NCBI RefSeq assembly: GCF_002105155.1
Contig: NW_019028979.1
Location: forward strand, 1,240,001 to 1,304,000
Length of the DNA stretch: 64,000 bases
Reading direction: 5' to 3'
From: Lobosporangium transversale
Lineage: Eukaryota
The translations under genes and the position numbers were made by a program. Under the pieces are notes generated by a model that searched no databases, had not been told where the DNA came from, and saw only the letters and a program-made list of their open reading frames with translations. Of the stretch, positions 40,069-51,924 are shown in pieces (the stretch's first letter is position 1; each line of letters opens with the position of its first letter).

Positions 40069-40789
40069 CTACTTGAGTAGTAGTCAAAAAAAAAAAAAAA
40101 AAAAAAAAAAAAGTTCCTCATCCTGCCTCCAATGTTTATTAGTTCCTTCCATCCCAAGGAAAGGACTAGCTGAAAAAAAATAAAGAATATTAAGCCATAA
40201 AGGAAAAAACGGATATTTTGAATTTACTTCGTATTCGCATCTGGTGAATGCTTGGGAACACCATAAATATTCATATTAAATGTAGTACTTATTTATTTCT
40301 CGAAATCATCTAATCCAAGGTTCTCAATGTTGCCTCCACATCCTGCCCTTCATCAATGTCAATCTAGCCTTTCTTCAAATCAAAATAGCAACCTAATACC
40401 ATACGGACCATTGACACCACTGTCGTATAATCTTTTAAATTCGAAACTCGTTTCCATAGGAGTGAAAGGAAGCCTTTTTGGCTTTGGTCGTTATCTATGG
40501 TCAAATGCTCATTCTCATCATCATTATCCAGTATTGCGAAATAGATAACTGATACAAAATATTCAACTAGCGACCCTGGACCCTCAGAGCTGATATTAAT
40601 GGTATTCAGTTGTGCAAAAGGCGTCATCATGTAACAGATCTCCCAAAAAAAACCCCCCTTGGAGACACAAAACGGGGCATGTCCATGGTATAAAGTTATC
40701 TTTGTTAAAGTAAAAAAGAACCATGTTTGCCTATTTTCTACAGAAATGGTGGGTCTATTATGAATGGTTCAAGTAAAATGAGGTTCCCA

Positions 40790-42545
40790 TCACACCAATG
40801 CAGCGACAGTAGATTCTCTTTTGTAGTGGACAGGAACAGCTTGGGGATTAGGTTTTACTGTTCCACGGCCCGCAGGCGGGGGCAAGAAGCAAAGATACGG
40901 TCGATCCGTGTTCATCCCGTCCATTCCTGCGTTATTAATAAAGTCCGGCAAATGAGCCAATGCTAAAAAGCGCACCATGTCCGAGATCCATCCCTATATG
41001 TCAAAAAAAAAAAAAAAAAAAAAAACCAATTAAAATAAAATAATAACCCTCGTAACGGATAACAATAAAGGGGTGTAAACATTCAGTTATTACCCGTGAG
41101 CTGAGAATGGTTCCAACAAGCGATGTATTCTTGAAGACTTCTTTAGCATTCGAGCTACGATACTGATAATAAGCCTTGAATGATTTTTCAATATCTTGGA
41201 GAGAATTCGAAGGAATACCATAGAGCTGGTTCACCAAATGGACGGAGTCAAGGATGGCCTGATTTGCGCCTTGGCCACCAAATGGAAGATGCTTATGACA
41301 AGCATCGCCCATCAAAACTGTGCGCTTATGATACCAAGTTGAGAAGTACTTGTCTTCTAACAGGATCTTGGAAAGGCGTTCCTTGGGCGTACGGTCTATC
41401 AAGTCGCCCACAGTACCACCTAATGGATTCTTGTAGTGACGGACCAAGTTGCATAGATCATCCGCTTCAGTAGGTTTCTAGAGTCAGAAGTTCAATATGG
41501 AAATGAATACAGTTTAGTCAAATCATGGCAAGGCGATGTTGGTTTCCAAAGTTGCTAGAAATCTAAAATACTTGCCCATTCACCACGGAAATCTTGTTCC
41601 TTGATCTCTTTGGGCTTATCCATACGAGCACAGATTTGCCATCCAAGGCGGTTCTCTGAGAATGCAAAAATATAAACCTATGACCGATATTGCATTTAAG
41701 TTAGCTACCAGGGACCTTTTTCTTTCTTTCTTTTTATATAAAGTTTCGAATTACCTGAATGGCTTTCTCTTTGCCAATGATCACATAAAAGTCACCATTC
41801 TTTTGCTTCAAAGCAGGGTAGTCCTCTAAAGATACTTCGTCTGTAACACCAACAACACAGTCAGAGTCAAACCGAAGGGGGGCCAGGTCTTTCTTGGGCA
41901 AGACAATGCCTTCTTCTTGCATGTTTTTGTACATGTTGCGACGTACAGACGAGTATGCGCCATCAGCACCAATCAAGATATCGCCTTTGTACACTACAGT
42001 GTTATTGTTATTGTTGTCATTGTTACTGAGCAGATCCTCACACTCTATTTCGACACCATGGTCGTCTTGTTTAAAGCCAACCAGACGTTTGCCCCAATGG
42101 ACCTTTTCTTTGGGTACATGAGAAAGCAAGATATGATAGAGAGTTGGGCGGGTGAGGAGGATACCGCAATAACCATAATGTGTAATCTGATCGCCTGCAT
42201 CCATCGACCCAACCTTGGAAAGGTCATCACGGAGGTAGTCGATCTTTGCACAGGGAAGAGAATGTTTTTGAATCTCTTCAAGAAGCCTAAAAATGCATTA
42301 AGAAAATAATGAAAGTAAATTTAGGAGGTTTATTGTTTAGACAGTGAAAGATGCAAATATTACCCCAACTGATCAAGTATGTAGTTGCAGGCAGGTGTCA
42401 AAGAGAGTGCAGAACCCAAGGGAGAGAACTTGCAAGCTTTCTCAACTACAATATAGTCCATGCCTGCACGCTCGAGTTGAATTGCTGTTAGTAGACCACA
42501 AACGCCTGCGCCGACAATGATGACCTTAACATTGGATGAAGACAT
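40790..42545 (-). CDS. FAD-dependent monooxygenase (FAD_binding_3, salicylate hydroxylase / zeaxanthin epoxidase-like); exons 42545-42364, 42286-41755, 41677-41576, 41477-41094, 40993-40790
   Basis: VIIVGAGVCGL, ILIGADGAYSSVR, RTVLMGDACHKHLPFGGQGANQAILD. The third intron needs a GC donor to keep frame. Confidence 0.92.
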
Positions 42546-43619
42546 GAGTGAAGAATGGGCAATGTTGATGGAATGACTGGTAGTAAAGGAAAGGAAAGAT
42601 CAGAACTTTATGTTCGCCAACAGTAACTTTAGCAAACATGTTTTTTTTCTTCTTTTTTTTTTTGCAGAACTCTCGATCAATGAGAGTGGATACCCTTCTC
42701 TTCCATGCCATGCAGCTCTCATTCTTTCTATCCTTTTGACATGGGCTGTTTAGGCCAGGGCGAGCATTGTAAACAGGTTGTCTGAATATATGAAAAAAGA
42801 GAGCCGTTTATCAAAATTCAATGTAAATACAGATATTTTTATATACTTTCAATGGGCAACTGTGCACTCTTTCACCTCTGCACTTTTTCAGCTCTCTGCC
42901 GTTGCCTTATCGAAATCTAGCACAGATTGAGTCCAGGATGTAGAGGTGCCTTTCCTTTCGATAGCAGCTCCTTCTATACCTCTGCATTTCATTAAACATA
43001 GCCGGAATAGGAGTTTGAGAACAAACAGCTAAACAGCGTTACTAGATGAGGATGCGTTGTGGATAAAGTGCTAGAATAAAGTTCACTGCTCTACCTTCGT
43101 GTAATAAAAATGCCAATCCTTTCAAACAATGTCTGCTGCAACAGGAATAGGCCATACCAAGTCATAATTGCAATGGTGTATTTTGTGCCTTGTTTCCAGT
43201 GTGAGGTAAGAGAACACACAGGACTGTCATACATCATCTCTTCCCATGTCTGGTGCTATGGATGGTGGCTACTCCTCACAATAATAGTTTAAGGCCTGTT
43301 TTATAAGAGGGGGGCAAACATTAGTTATTAGCTGGCATCTCGGATTTTTTTTTTTTGCACCCATTTACCTGTATCCCCCGTTTTTTAACCTTTTTTTTTT
43401 TTTTTTTTTTTTTTTGAATGGGTAGAGCCGAGAAGCCACAATGTTGGTGGTAAAGAGAAGAGAAAAGAACCTTGTTCATACAACTAGTGGCATTTTATGT
43501 TGAGTTGGGAGATACCAGCTTATAGCTTATGTGTGAAGTAAGTATTTTCCGCAAGAGTGCTCTTATACTTGTTAAAAAGCCAAGTCCACCTTTCAAACCT
43601 CAAGCTGGTGACGAGCCTA

Positions 43620-44600
43620 CAAAGAATAGCACCTCAATCCCGTTTCATCAGCACATCTCTTTGCAACTTCCTAAGTAGTGAGGACAATGAGTATTTATTC
43701 CAAATCTACGCACTCTATCTATGAAGGATACTATGATAGTCAATCCTACATATCCGTACACACCATTGTACTGCCTCGACATGTTGGTTAAGAGATGTCC
43801 AGAATTGTGTGCGCTTGAGTTTAAAGGACATGACAGGACCAATGAATCAAAATTCAATGATTTCTACAGAACAACATTCCTTCAACGGCACTGAACATTG
43901 GCAAATTTAACGGATCTTACCTTCCTTTCTATGAACATAGAAGACAAGGATATGACGGCGCTTCTTGGGCAGATGGCTGTACTAAGAAGATTGAATGTCC
44001 CTGCTTGTGAGCTTGGCAAGCTCTTTCTGTAAGGGTTATTAGCCGATAAGCAAGGGATTTTGGAAGGTGGACACATTGTACGCAAGGTAAGGCTTTGGAG
44101 GCCCTGCGAGACATTTGAAACATTGGAGCTCGATGTACGAGGCATCGGAATGAATGGTCTTGTTCAAACTATTTTGTCTAATTGCCCACCACTAAGGCAA
44201 CGAAGAGGACCTATAATTACAATGACAGAGATTGTCAATGGCAGAGGATAGGATAGTATTGGACTGACTGAATTGTCAATCTTTCTTGAAGCACATGTTG
44301 ATCAAGAGACTGTAGAAAGTATGGAGAAGCAACGCATCGCGTTTAACCAGCTAGGGAAATTGACCCAGCTACGTTATCTTGATCTAACGAGGTGCAGCTC
44401 AAGAAATCAAACACCGGACTTGAGGCTGAGAGCAAGTCTGCATGAACTGGCCAATATGAACAAGCTGATTAAGTTATCGTTCGCTAGAGGTCACCAACTA
44501 TAGGACTTGAGGATGCGACATAGATTGTGAGCAATTGACGAGGAGGATGTAAACACTTTAGTGTACGATTTCCTTAAATCACACAATATCCATAGATAGG
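43620..44600 (+). pseudogene. Degenerate F-box/LRR-family gene remnant (C-terminal part)
   Basis: Fragments PNLRTL, RCPELCALEF, TILSNCPPL, ITMTEIVNGRG*DSIGLTELSIFLEA, QRIAFNQLGKLTQLRYLDLT...PDLRLRASLHELANM, interrupted by stops (e.g. TAG 44249-44251) and frameshifts. Confidence 0.7.
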
Positions 44601-45908
44601 CCCTGTAAGGAATGAGTTGAATTTAAACCGTGTGGAAAGAGATTGCTTGTGATGGCATTAGAGGCCGGACACTTTCAGCTATTAAAGCCTCCTGGATTGT
44701 TAATATCTTAAGAAACAAAGAAATGTATCGTCAATTCACAACCTGATATGGAAGACAAAAAACCTTGGATATGAATCTTTCGACGGATATATATGATGAT
44801 ATAATTATAGTGGTAGCGATATTGCAGAAGAAGGGGCCATCATGTAGATGAACTTTTTATTTAAAGGATATCGCAGCCTGCTTCTGCATCTCAAGATTGT
44901 TAAAGCTGAATGCTTCATCAACATTTATTCGGCGGTCCTTAATCTGTTGATTATTTCAGGCTGGTTGTGGCACCTTGATGGATGAATATATTTCCTGGTT
45001 ATAGCATGTTATTAAGAAGAGAATTAGAGTCTGAAATTAATGTAGGTAACAAATAGCCTTCAGGGTTTCATTAGTCCATTTGCATGCATTACAGTAATCT
45101 GAACCGAGGTTGGGAACCGGAGCACGCAGACAACATGTGCTATGTAAAAATTATGAATGAGTCTCTTGAAATGAAGAAACGATAGTACGTGCATGTAGAC
45201 AGGAATGTGAGACAGAGAGTTAATTGGTGCAAAATCAGCAGTGTGCACATGTACCAGCGGATTGAAAAATCCTGGTCATGTCGAGGCTGTATATCAGTAT
45301 ATAACATTTAAGAATGTTTCACAGCTGGGCTTCGATGACACATGAAATGAACCCAATTTGCCCATTTTTCAGAATCTATGAACATCAAAACTCAATTAGG
45401 ATTATTCTTGAAGTCAATACTCGGTCCCTTACAGTGATGCTCCCAAAAAGACCCTTGGCACTTGGGCCACCCTCAATCAATTGCAATGTATAAACTGCAG
45501 TATCAGGTGCCACGCGAACAACAATAAAGATAGACAGATTAGCAGACAAAAACAGGTTATATAGAGCCTCACTTGTTATTGTTGGCACCCCTAAAAAGAG
45601 TGCTGGGGTAAGAAACTAAAAAAAAAATTATGCAAAGCATAAATGCTGTATTGCTTGGCGTACAAAGTCATTTTATTCTGACAACTAGAACAAGTGAAAG
45701 GTGAATCTTGTGCCAACGCGAGATGGCTGCACTGCGTGTGAACTAAGCACATGTCTACTTTATTCGTTTCACAAAAATGATCTTGGCGTACAAACCATAG
45801 ACAAAGCTGCAAAGGTGAGTGTGCACTGATGCATTTTTTTCATGTACGTTTAGCAATAGCAAAAAGACCATCTGTATTTTCACTTTACAACAACAATGTG
45901 GCAAGAGG

Positions 45909-45941
<33 letters not shown>

Positions 45942-46702
45942 AAAGTCTCGACTTGTACCTCCATGCAATCGCATTGGTCAAGCAATATGTGGAGCAGCAT
46001 TTTTTATTTTTTTTTTGGAATTGGGTGTAGGGTATCCGATCATGTCAATCCTGTGCTTGTTAAGGTATTGATCTTTACTTTTTTTATTCCCAACCTGGTT
46101 TTTTTATAGTCTTAGTCTGGTCTTCTTAAGATACCGAAATAAAAATGCATTCACTCACTATTTGTGGAAAATGAAAGGTTTTGGTACATGTACTTTAAGG
46201 TGGTGTGGGTTATTGGTTTGTTTACTTGTTGAACAGAAAAAAAAGAGAAAAAAGATGCTTGCAGGACTATAAACAGACTTTATTTGTTTATTTGTTTATA
46301 AGCCTATTTGCTTAGTCTGTCCCTTCGTATGAAATTCCGTTGCAGCAATTGTATTGTCATATGTGCGCGTTCAAGTCCGACTAAAACAATTTGCTCTGTG
46401 CCCTGGTGCCTGAATATGTGAGACGGAGATGGGGGGGCATTGCATTAAACAGATTTGTGTCGAATGAATTGAAAAGTGCGGGTTATGTTTTCTAACGAAA
46501 GGTTTATGTTCATTAAAGGCAAGAGCGAGCGAATCATGCTAGGATGTGGAGTAAAGTGTCAAGGAACAAAGTTATTGTGTGCACAAACCTTCAACCTTTC
46601 TGCCATCATTCATCTCTCTCACCTTCACATTCCTTTCCTTTCATCCGCACATGTCATTCATTCATCCTTGTCTCGTTTTCACATCCGACGCGCTTCACTG
46701 AC

Positions 46703-46760
46703 CTCATTCACTCATTCACTCACTCACTCACTCACTCACTCACTCACTCACTCACTCACT
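46703..46760 (+). repeat. (TCAC)n / (TCAT) tetranucleotide microsatellite
   Basis: Seen directly; lies near the probable transcription start of the 7TM gene. Confidence 0.9.
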
Positions 46761-47212
46761 CGCCTGTCTGCGCATTTTAATTCTTCTAACATTCATAATT
46801 TTCTATTGGGCATTAAGAACCCCCCTTCCATAGCCATACATTATTTATTCTCCTTCCTTCCCACAGCCATCCCAACTGCTACGATATTCCTTCGCATCTC
46901 TAATATCGGACAACATAATATAAAATTGGGGCTACCACTTCAGTTGTTCCTCCTTTTTTTTTATATTACCTTTTGTAAATAGGTAAGATGCGACGCCAAC
47001 ATTATCACTGTTTCAACAACAAAATCCGTTACAAATGGTGTTTTATCCCTTTTTCCTCCTTTCCTTTTTTATCTTTTTCCTTTCCCCATTTCATTATACC
47101 TCGCTTAATGTTCTCATTTATTTGAGAAAGCATACATTTGAATTTAACATGCTTGGGGTTTTTTTTAACGATCCATGTCATATTTCTCCCGATTTCTGAG
47201 GCGGAAATGATT

Positions 47213-47254
<42 letters not shown>

Positions 47255-48040
47255 TCGTAAATTCATTGATTATGGTTTAATAGAGGGAAGAGAGAGGGAC
47301 CAACTTTTGCAAAGGAAAAATACATGGATCTGAAGTACACTTTTTCATATAAAATCAGGCGTGTGTGATCAGGCTCTCGACGTATGCTATTGACAGTTTG
47401 ACTGAAGAAGCCCTGAAAAAATGAAAAAGCCAATAGTCTGTTAGTCTGCTCTCTCTTTCTTTCTCTTCCCAAGTCTTAGCGATACTAGGGTGCAAATCAC
47501 TTGTTGAAAGGACCATGAATTGGAGCAGGGACTGACAACAAGACCCAAAGCCAAAAAACCTGCTTTTTTTTTTTTTTTTTTTTTTAACGGCTCATTTCTT
47601 TCGAGCGGATAAAAGTGATCCTATGAGCAATTAGATGGTTAGGATAGTAGAACCTGTAGACTATGCAAGTAAAAATGGAGAGAGCTTCTAGTCTGGATTC
47701 TCCTTTTTCGACCTTTTTTGGGATGCTGCGTTATCTGCACTCTATCCACCTATATTCACATCTTACACATTCGCGCTACATGGGGTTTTTTTTTGTCTCT
47801 CTTTTTTCTCCACAAATGTAGCCACGCGTCTAGGCGTAGAAACATTTATGTCCGTTCCTCCGCGGTTGATCTTTTTGGCCATCTATAAACATATGTGGTT
47901 GAAGGTTTTCCTGGTTTCCCCTCTGCACTCTTTTCATTGCTCTTATCCGTATTCAATTATTGTATTGACATCTTTCTTCAACGTCTCTCCTTTGTCTATC
48001 TTTCATTTCTTTAGTCATCCCATATATCCTTGTTGATACA

Positions 48041-50109
48041 ATGAGCGATTCCGATTCATCAGAGTCATCTTCCACGACATCTTCCTATACGGAATCCATT
48101 ACCTCCACAATCCTCTCTACTATCAGCGAGACTTTCTCTCTACCCACAGAAACACCAGGTCCTTCTCCAACACCTACAGCACCATCCTTCCCGTCACCTA
48201 CAGCTCCTTCAACACCCTCCAACCCCTCATCAGATCCTTCTACAATCAATGATGGGAACCCCTATTTGCAAACAAATCTTCTCTGTGACTGGACCAAAAC
48301 AGTGGTTCACTGTCGAGATTCTGATTTTGTAAAACAGATGTTGGTCGTATCCTCGGCCGCACATCTCGCAGCAGCGCTTTTCGGCATCTGGCTGCTTAGT
48401 TACAGGAACCGTGGCTTTAACCCTAAAATTATTACAGACCTTTTTATTAAAGTCGGCACTGGAGTTCGGCCCAAACCTGTAAGTATAATATCTAATACAA
48501 GCATGTGTTGAAAAAAGCCTACATATTCAAGTTTAAAACCCAGCAAACCGTTTTATTAATACAACAATATTAGATGGATTGTATTATATTCTTCATTGTA
48601 ATTGCATGTTTTATCAAGGTCTTGTGTAATCTACTCATTATCCTTGATGCTTTGCAAGAAGTCCTATGGCTACGCGTGGCGATTGAACAACTTTACTGGT
48701 AAATCCCAAGTCTATTTATCCATCCAAATAATTTATTCCTTTCGGCTTGTTCACTCTCTAAAATCGAACGGCATCCTCTATACATCTATATTGGTTTCTC
48801 TTCCCATAGGGCTGTTGTTGCATTCGGATTCTCTTCATACTTTGTAGGTCTTCTTTATGCCATGCCAGTCACTACGCGTGAAGGTATCTTTGCAGTCTAC
48901 CAGCCCGAGGTGGTATATGGAGATAAACCTCTTCCACCAATCCACGTACTTACACCCACGACCATTCAAAAGAACTTTATGCTTATCATTGGTGCCGTCT
49001 ATCCAGCAGTCTTTGGAGCGGGTCTTGGTATCGCTTCAAGTGAATTGGAGAGACGAGGGTATTATGAAGCTTCACGTATCCTTTTCCTACTCCAGTACTC
49101 TAATTGGGTCGTCATCATGTACGTCATGAGCGCACTCTTCTTTTACTATGGTCTAAAATACACATTCATCCTCCGAGCCAACATCATTGTCGCAGAGGCT
49201 GCTCTCAAGGCTCCTCGGGCCGCTTTCGGCATTGGGAACCTAAAGTCGCGTTCTCCAGCTCGCTTCCTGTTCATTCAGTTGCAGATCACAGGATTTGGAG
49301 GTTGTGCAGTGACTCTCTTGGCAGGAACACTCTGTATCATTTGGGTACTACTCAAAGATAAGATCTTAGAGATGCCAAATGAGAGGCTACCTCATGTGAT
49401 GGCTGTCTTTTGGACATGCGCGATTGCATTAGCTTATTTTGTGGCTATGGCTTTGATTGCTGCACAAACCGTCAGGAACAGGAGAAGAGGCTTGCATGAG
49501 CAATCGACAACAACTGCAACTGGGACTCTTTCACGTTCTGGAGGCGATAATGGCCAAAGGAACATTATTGGAAGTGGAAGACTGTCAAAATCAGAACAGC
49601 ACAGCCACCAGCATGAGTTTGACCCCGAAGCGCAACTGAGAGGGCATAGCTCAGGCGACCTTAGTTCTTTGGAGCATGAAAAGGTGTCCGTGTCCAAGGA
49701 AAGATTAAATGAGCAATATGAGATCTACCCCAGATACATGTCCGTAGATGGTCATCACCAGGCGGATAGAGACAGAGCTGTGGCGGCAGCATCCGTCGTT
49801 GCTATGGTGGCACTATCAGATAGAATGGATCAAGAAGCCAACGCACTATCGAGACAAAGTCGCGACTCTTTTAAATCACCTACTAGCCCAACATCGCCTT
49901 CCCGATCCTTTTCAACCCAAGCCAACAACAAGTCTACTAGTACCAACAATAATGTGCACAACAATCTACGCGAATCAGTTTTTGGAGGACGCACGCCACG
50001 CGAAGATGGTATGCCTGGATCACCTCCAGCAAATGGTGGAGGCGGATTCTCATTGCCATCTTTCCCTCTTATGGGCATGAGATCTCCCTCTAGGAACAGT
50101 AACTATCCA

Positions 50110-50186
<77 letters not shown>

Positions 50187-51348
50187 ACGCCCTTCAATCA
50201 GTTCTCGAACCCATACAACCTCAACTAATTCGTCAAAGTTTTCATCTGGTTCAAACAAGTATGGTACATCTTCGGATGGATCAATCATGCCTCCGCTATC
50301 ACCCACCAGCCCTATTATGGCACCGGCGCTGGCTTTGCAGCAGCAGACCCAACAACAGCTACAGCAACTTGAGCAACAGAGCCTAGGGCATGGATCACGT
50401 GCATCTACTCAAAGAATACAAGTTATGTCTGGTGGTTTTCAGGCGATTCCTGAAAGAGGAGCCTATGGTGGTATGGATGAAGATGATGGTCCTTCACTTC
50501 CACAAATGCCACTCCCACCTTCATCTCCCCCCCATAGCCCCCTCCGGACAAAATTAAGCGGGTTTTCCTCGTCACCCAGAATTATGCAGGCCTCTTCACT
50601 AGCACACCAACAACAATATCAGCACCAGCTGCAGCAACAATATCATGATATAACATCGTTGTCTCGTCTCCCTCGACGATCTAACTCCTCTTCAAGAAGT
50701 GGTAGCAATTATAAGGATCTCTCGATCAACATTCCTCTACCTCCAGATATGCAACTTCAACAGCAACATCCACTACATCAGGTTGCTTACAAAGGTCTTT
50801 CGCCACCACCACGGTCCGTTCCGTTAAGCCCTACGCGTAGGACAGGGGGACAAAGTATGAGGACCAATAAAATGTCTCCCCCAACATCTCCAATATTAGT
50901 CTCAGGCTCAGTTGCTACCTCACCTTTTGCAATGCCAGGATCGCACCCACTGGATAGCCACAATGGTAGCTGCAGCCCAAGGCTCTCACCATCCCAACAA
51001 GCGTTCCAATTAGACTCCTCTACTCAATCTCCTCGCTTAGGCAATGGGGTTCGTCGCGTGTCCAGCAGCACCGCAGCATCACCAACGATCGACAAGGATA
51101 AAGAGTCTGGTTCTGCTAATACAGCTGCATCTCGTGGGGCTGGGGGAGGTTATCAAGCTCAAAGAACTGAGCCACCCCCAACACCTCAACCTAGTATTGC
51201 TTTTAATACCTCTCCAAAAACGATGAGACAACATACCAATGCATTCGGGGTTCCACAACAACAAGGGATAGAAGCAGAAAGTGATGATAGTCAGAGTGTT
51301 GACTCTGGAGGGGTTGATGCCTGGCCCATGCCTCCTACGTTCAAGTAG
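48041..51348 (+). CDS. Seven-transmembrane protein with Ser/Thr/Pro-rich N-terminus and long Ser/Pro/Gln-rich cytosolic tail (orphan GPCR-like); exons 48041-48478, 48574-48698, 48810-51348
   Basis: Two GT-AG introns join the ORFs in frame. Seven hydrophobic segments counted by eye are followed by about 600 aa of low complexity with many SP/SPT sites and polyQ. Confidence 0.78.
50109..50187 (+). repeat. (CAACAG)n coding repeat, polyglutamine tract of about 26 Q
   Basis: Seen directly, in frame within the 7TM gene. Confidence 0.95.
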
Positions 51349-51924
51349 ACACTATCCTGTAATAATAATAATAAAGAAGCACCCCTTCTCCTTCAATCCA
51401 TTCTTATTGACTCATCCAATGCCTGTAAATAAAAAAAATCTCCATTCTCATGTCCCACAACCGCTTGAATGTTTTTTGTACTACTAGGCCAACTGACTCT
51501 GTTTGTGGTGCAGGAGTACTTGAGAAAACATTATCCAATAAAGCGTAAACTATCGAAGGAAGTATTGTAAAATAGCTCCGTCCAGTCTAGCTCATTCATA
51601 AATACTGAGCTTACTCTTGGCTTATCAATCACTGCAATGCAGGATCAGAAAATATTCCACTAAGGATTTATTTATCGATGAATAAAATCTCCCACTTGAG
51701 CTTTAAATAGCAGCAACGAGCGTTTTAACTTCGGAATGGGAAAAAAAAAAAAAAAAAAAAAAAAGTCTATGCTACAATTTTACGAAATCTTCATTATGCA
51801 CAAGTAATGGGCTTGCTTTGAATAGAAACAAGGTGATATTCACGTAAAAAGTGCCCTTAAAATGCTATGCATAATGCTTATTAATTAAAAGATATATTTT
51901 GAATACATAATAATGTGTGTTTGC

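Noticed and set aside
40364..40630. 88-aa minus-strand ORF downstream of the monooxygenase
   Set aside because: No recognisable motif or splice support; cannot be told from chance.
45574..45595. Tc1/mariner TIR-like string (minus strand GGGGTGCCAACAATAA)
   Set aside because: No partner inverted copy or transposase remnant found in the window.
50103..50306. Poly-Cys ORF on the minus strand
   Set aside because: Antisense reading of the (CAACAG)n polyQ tract.
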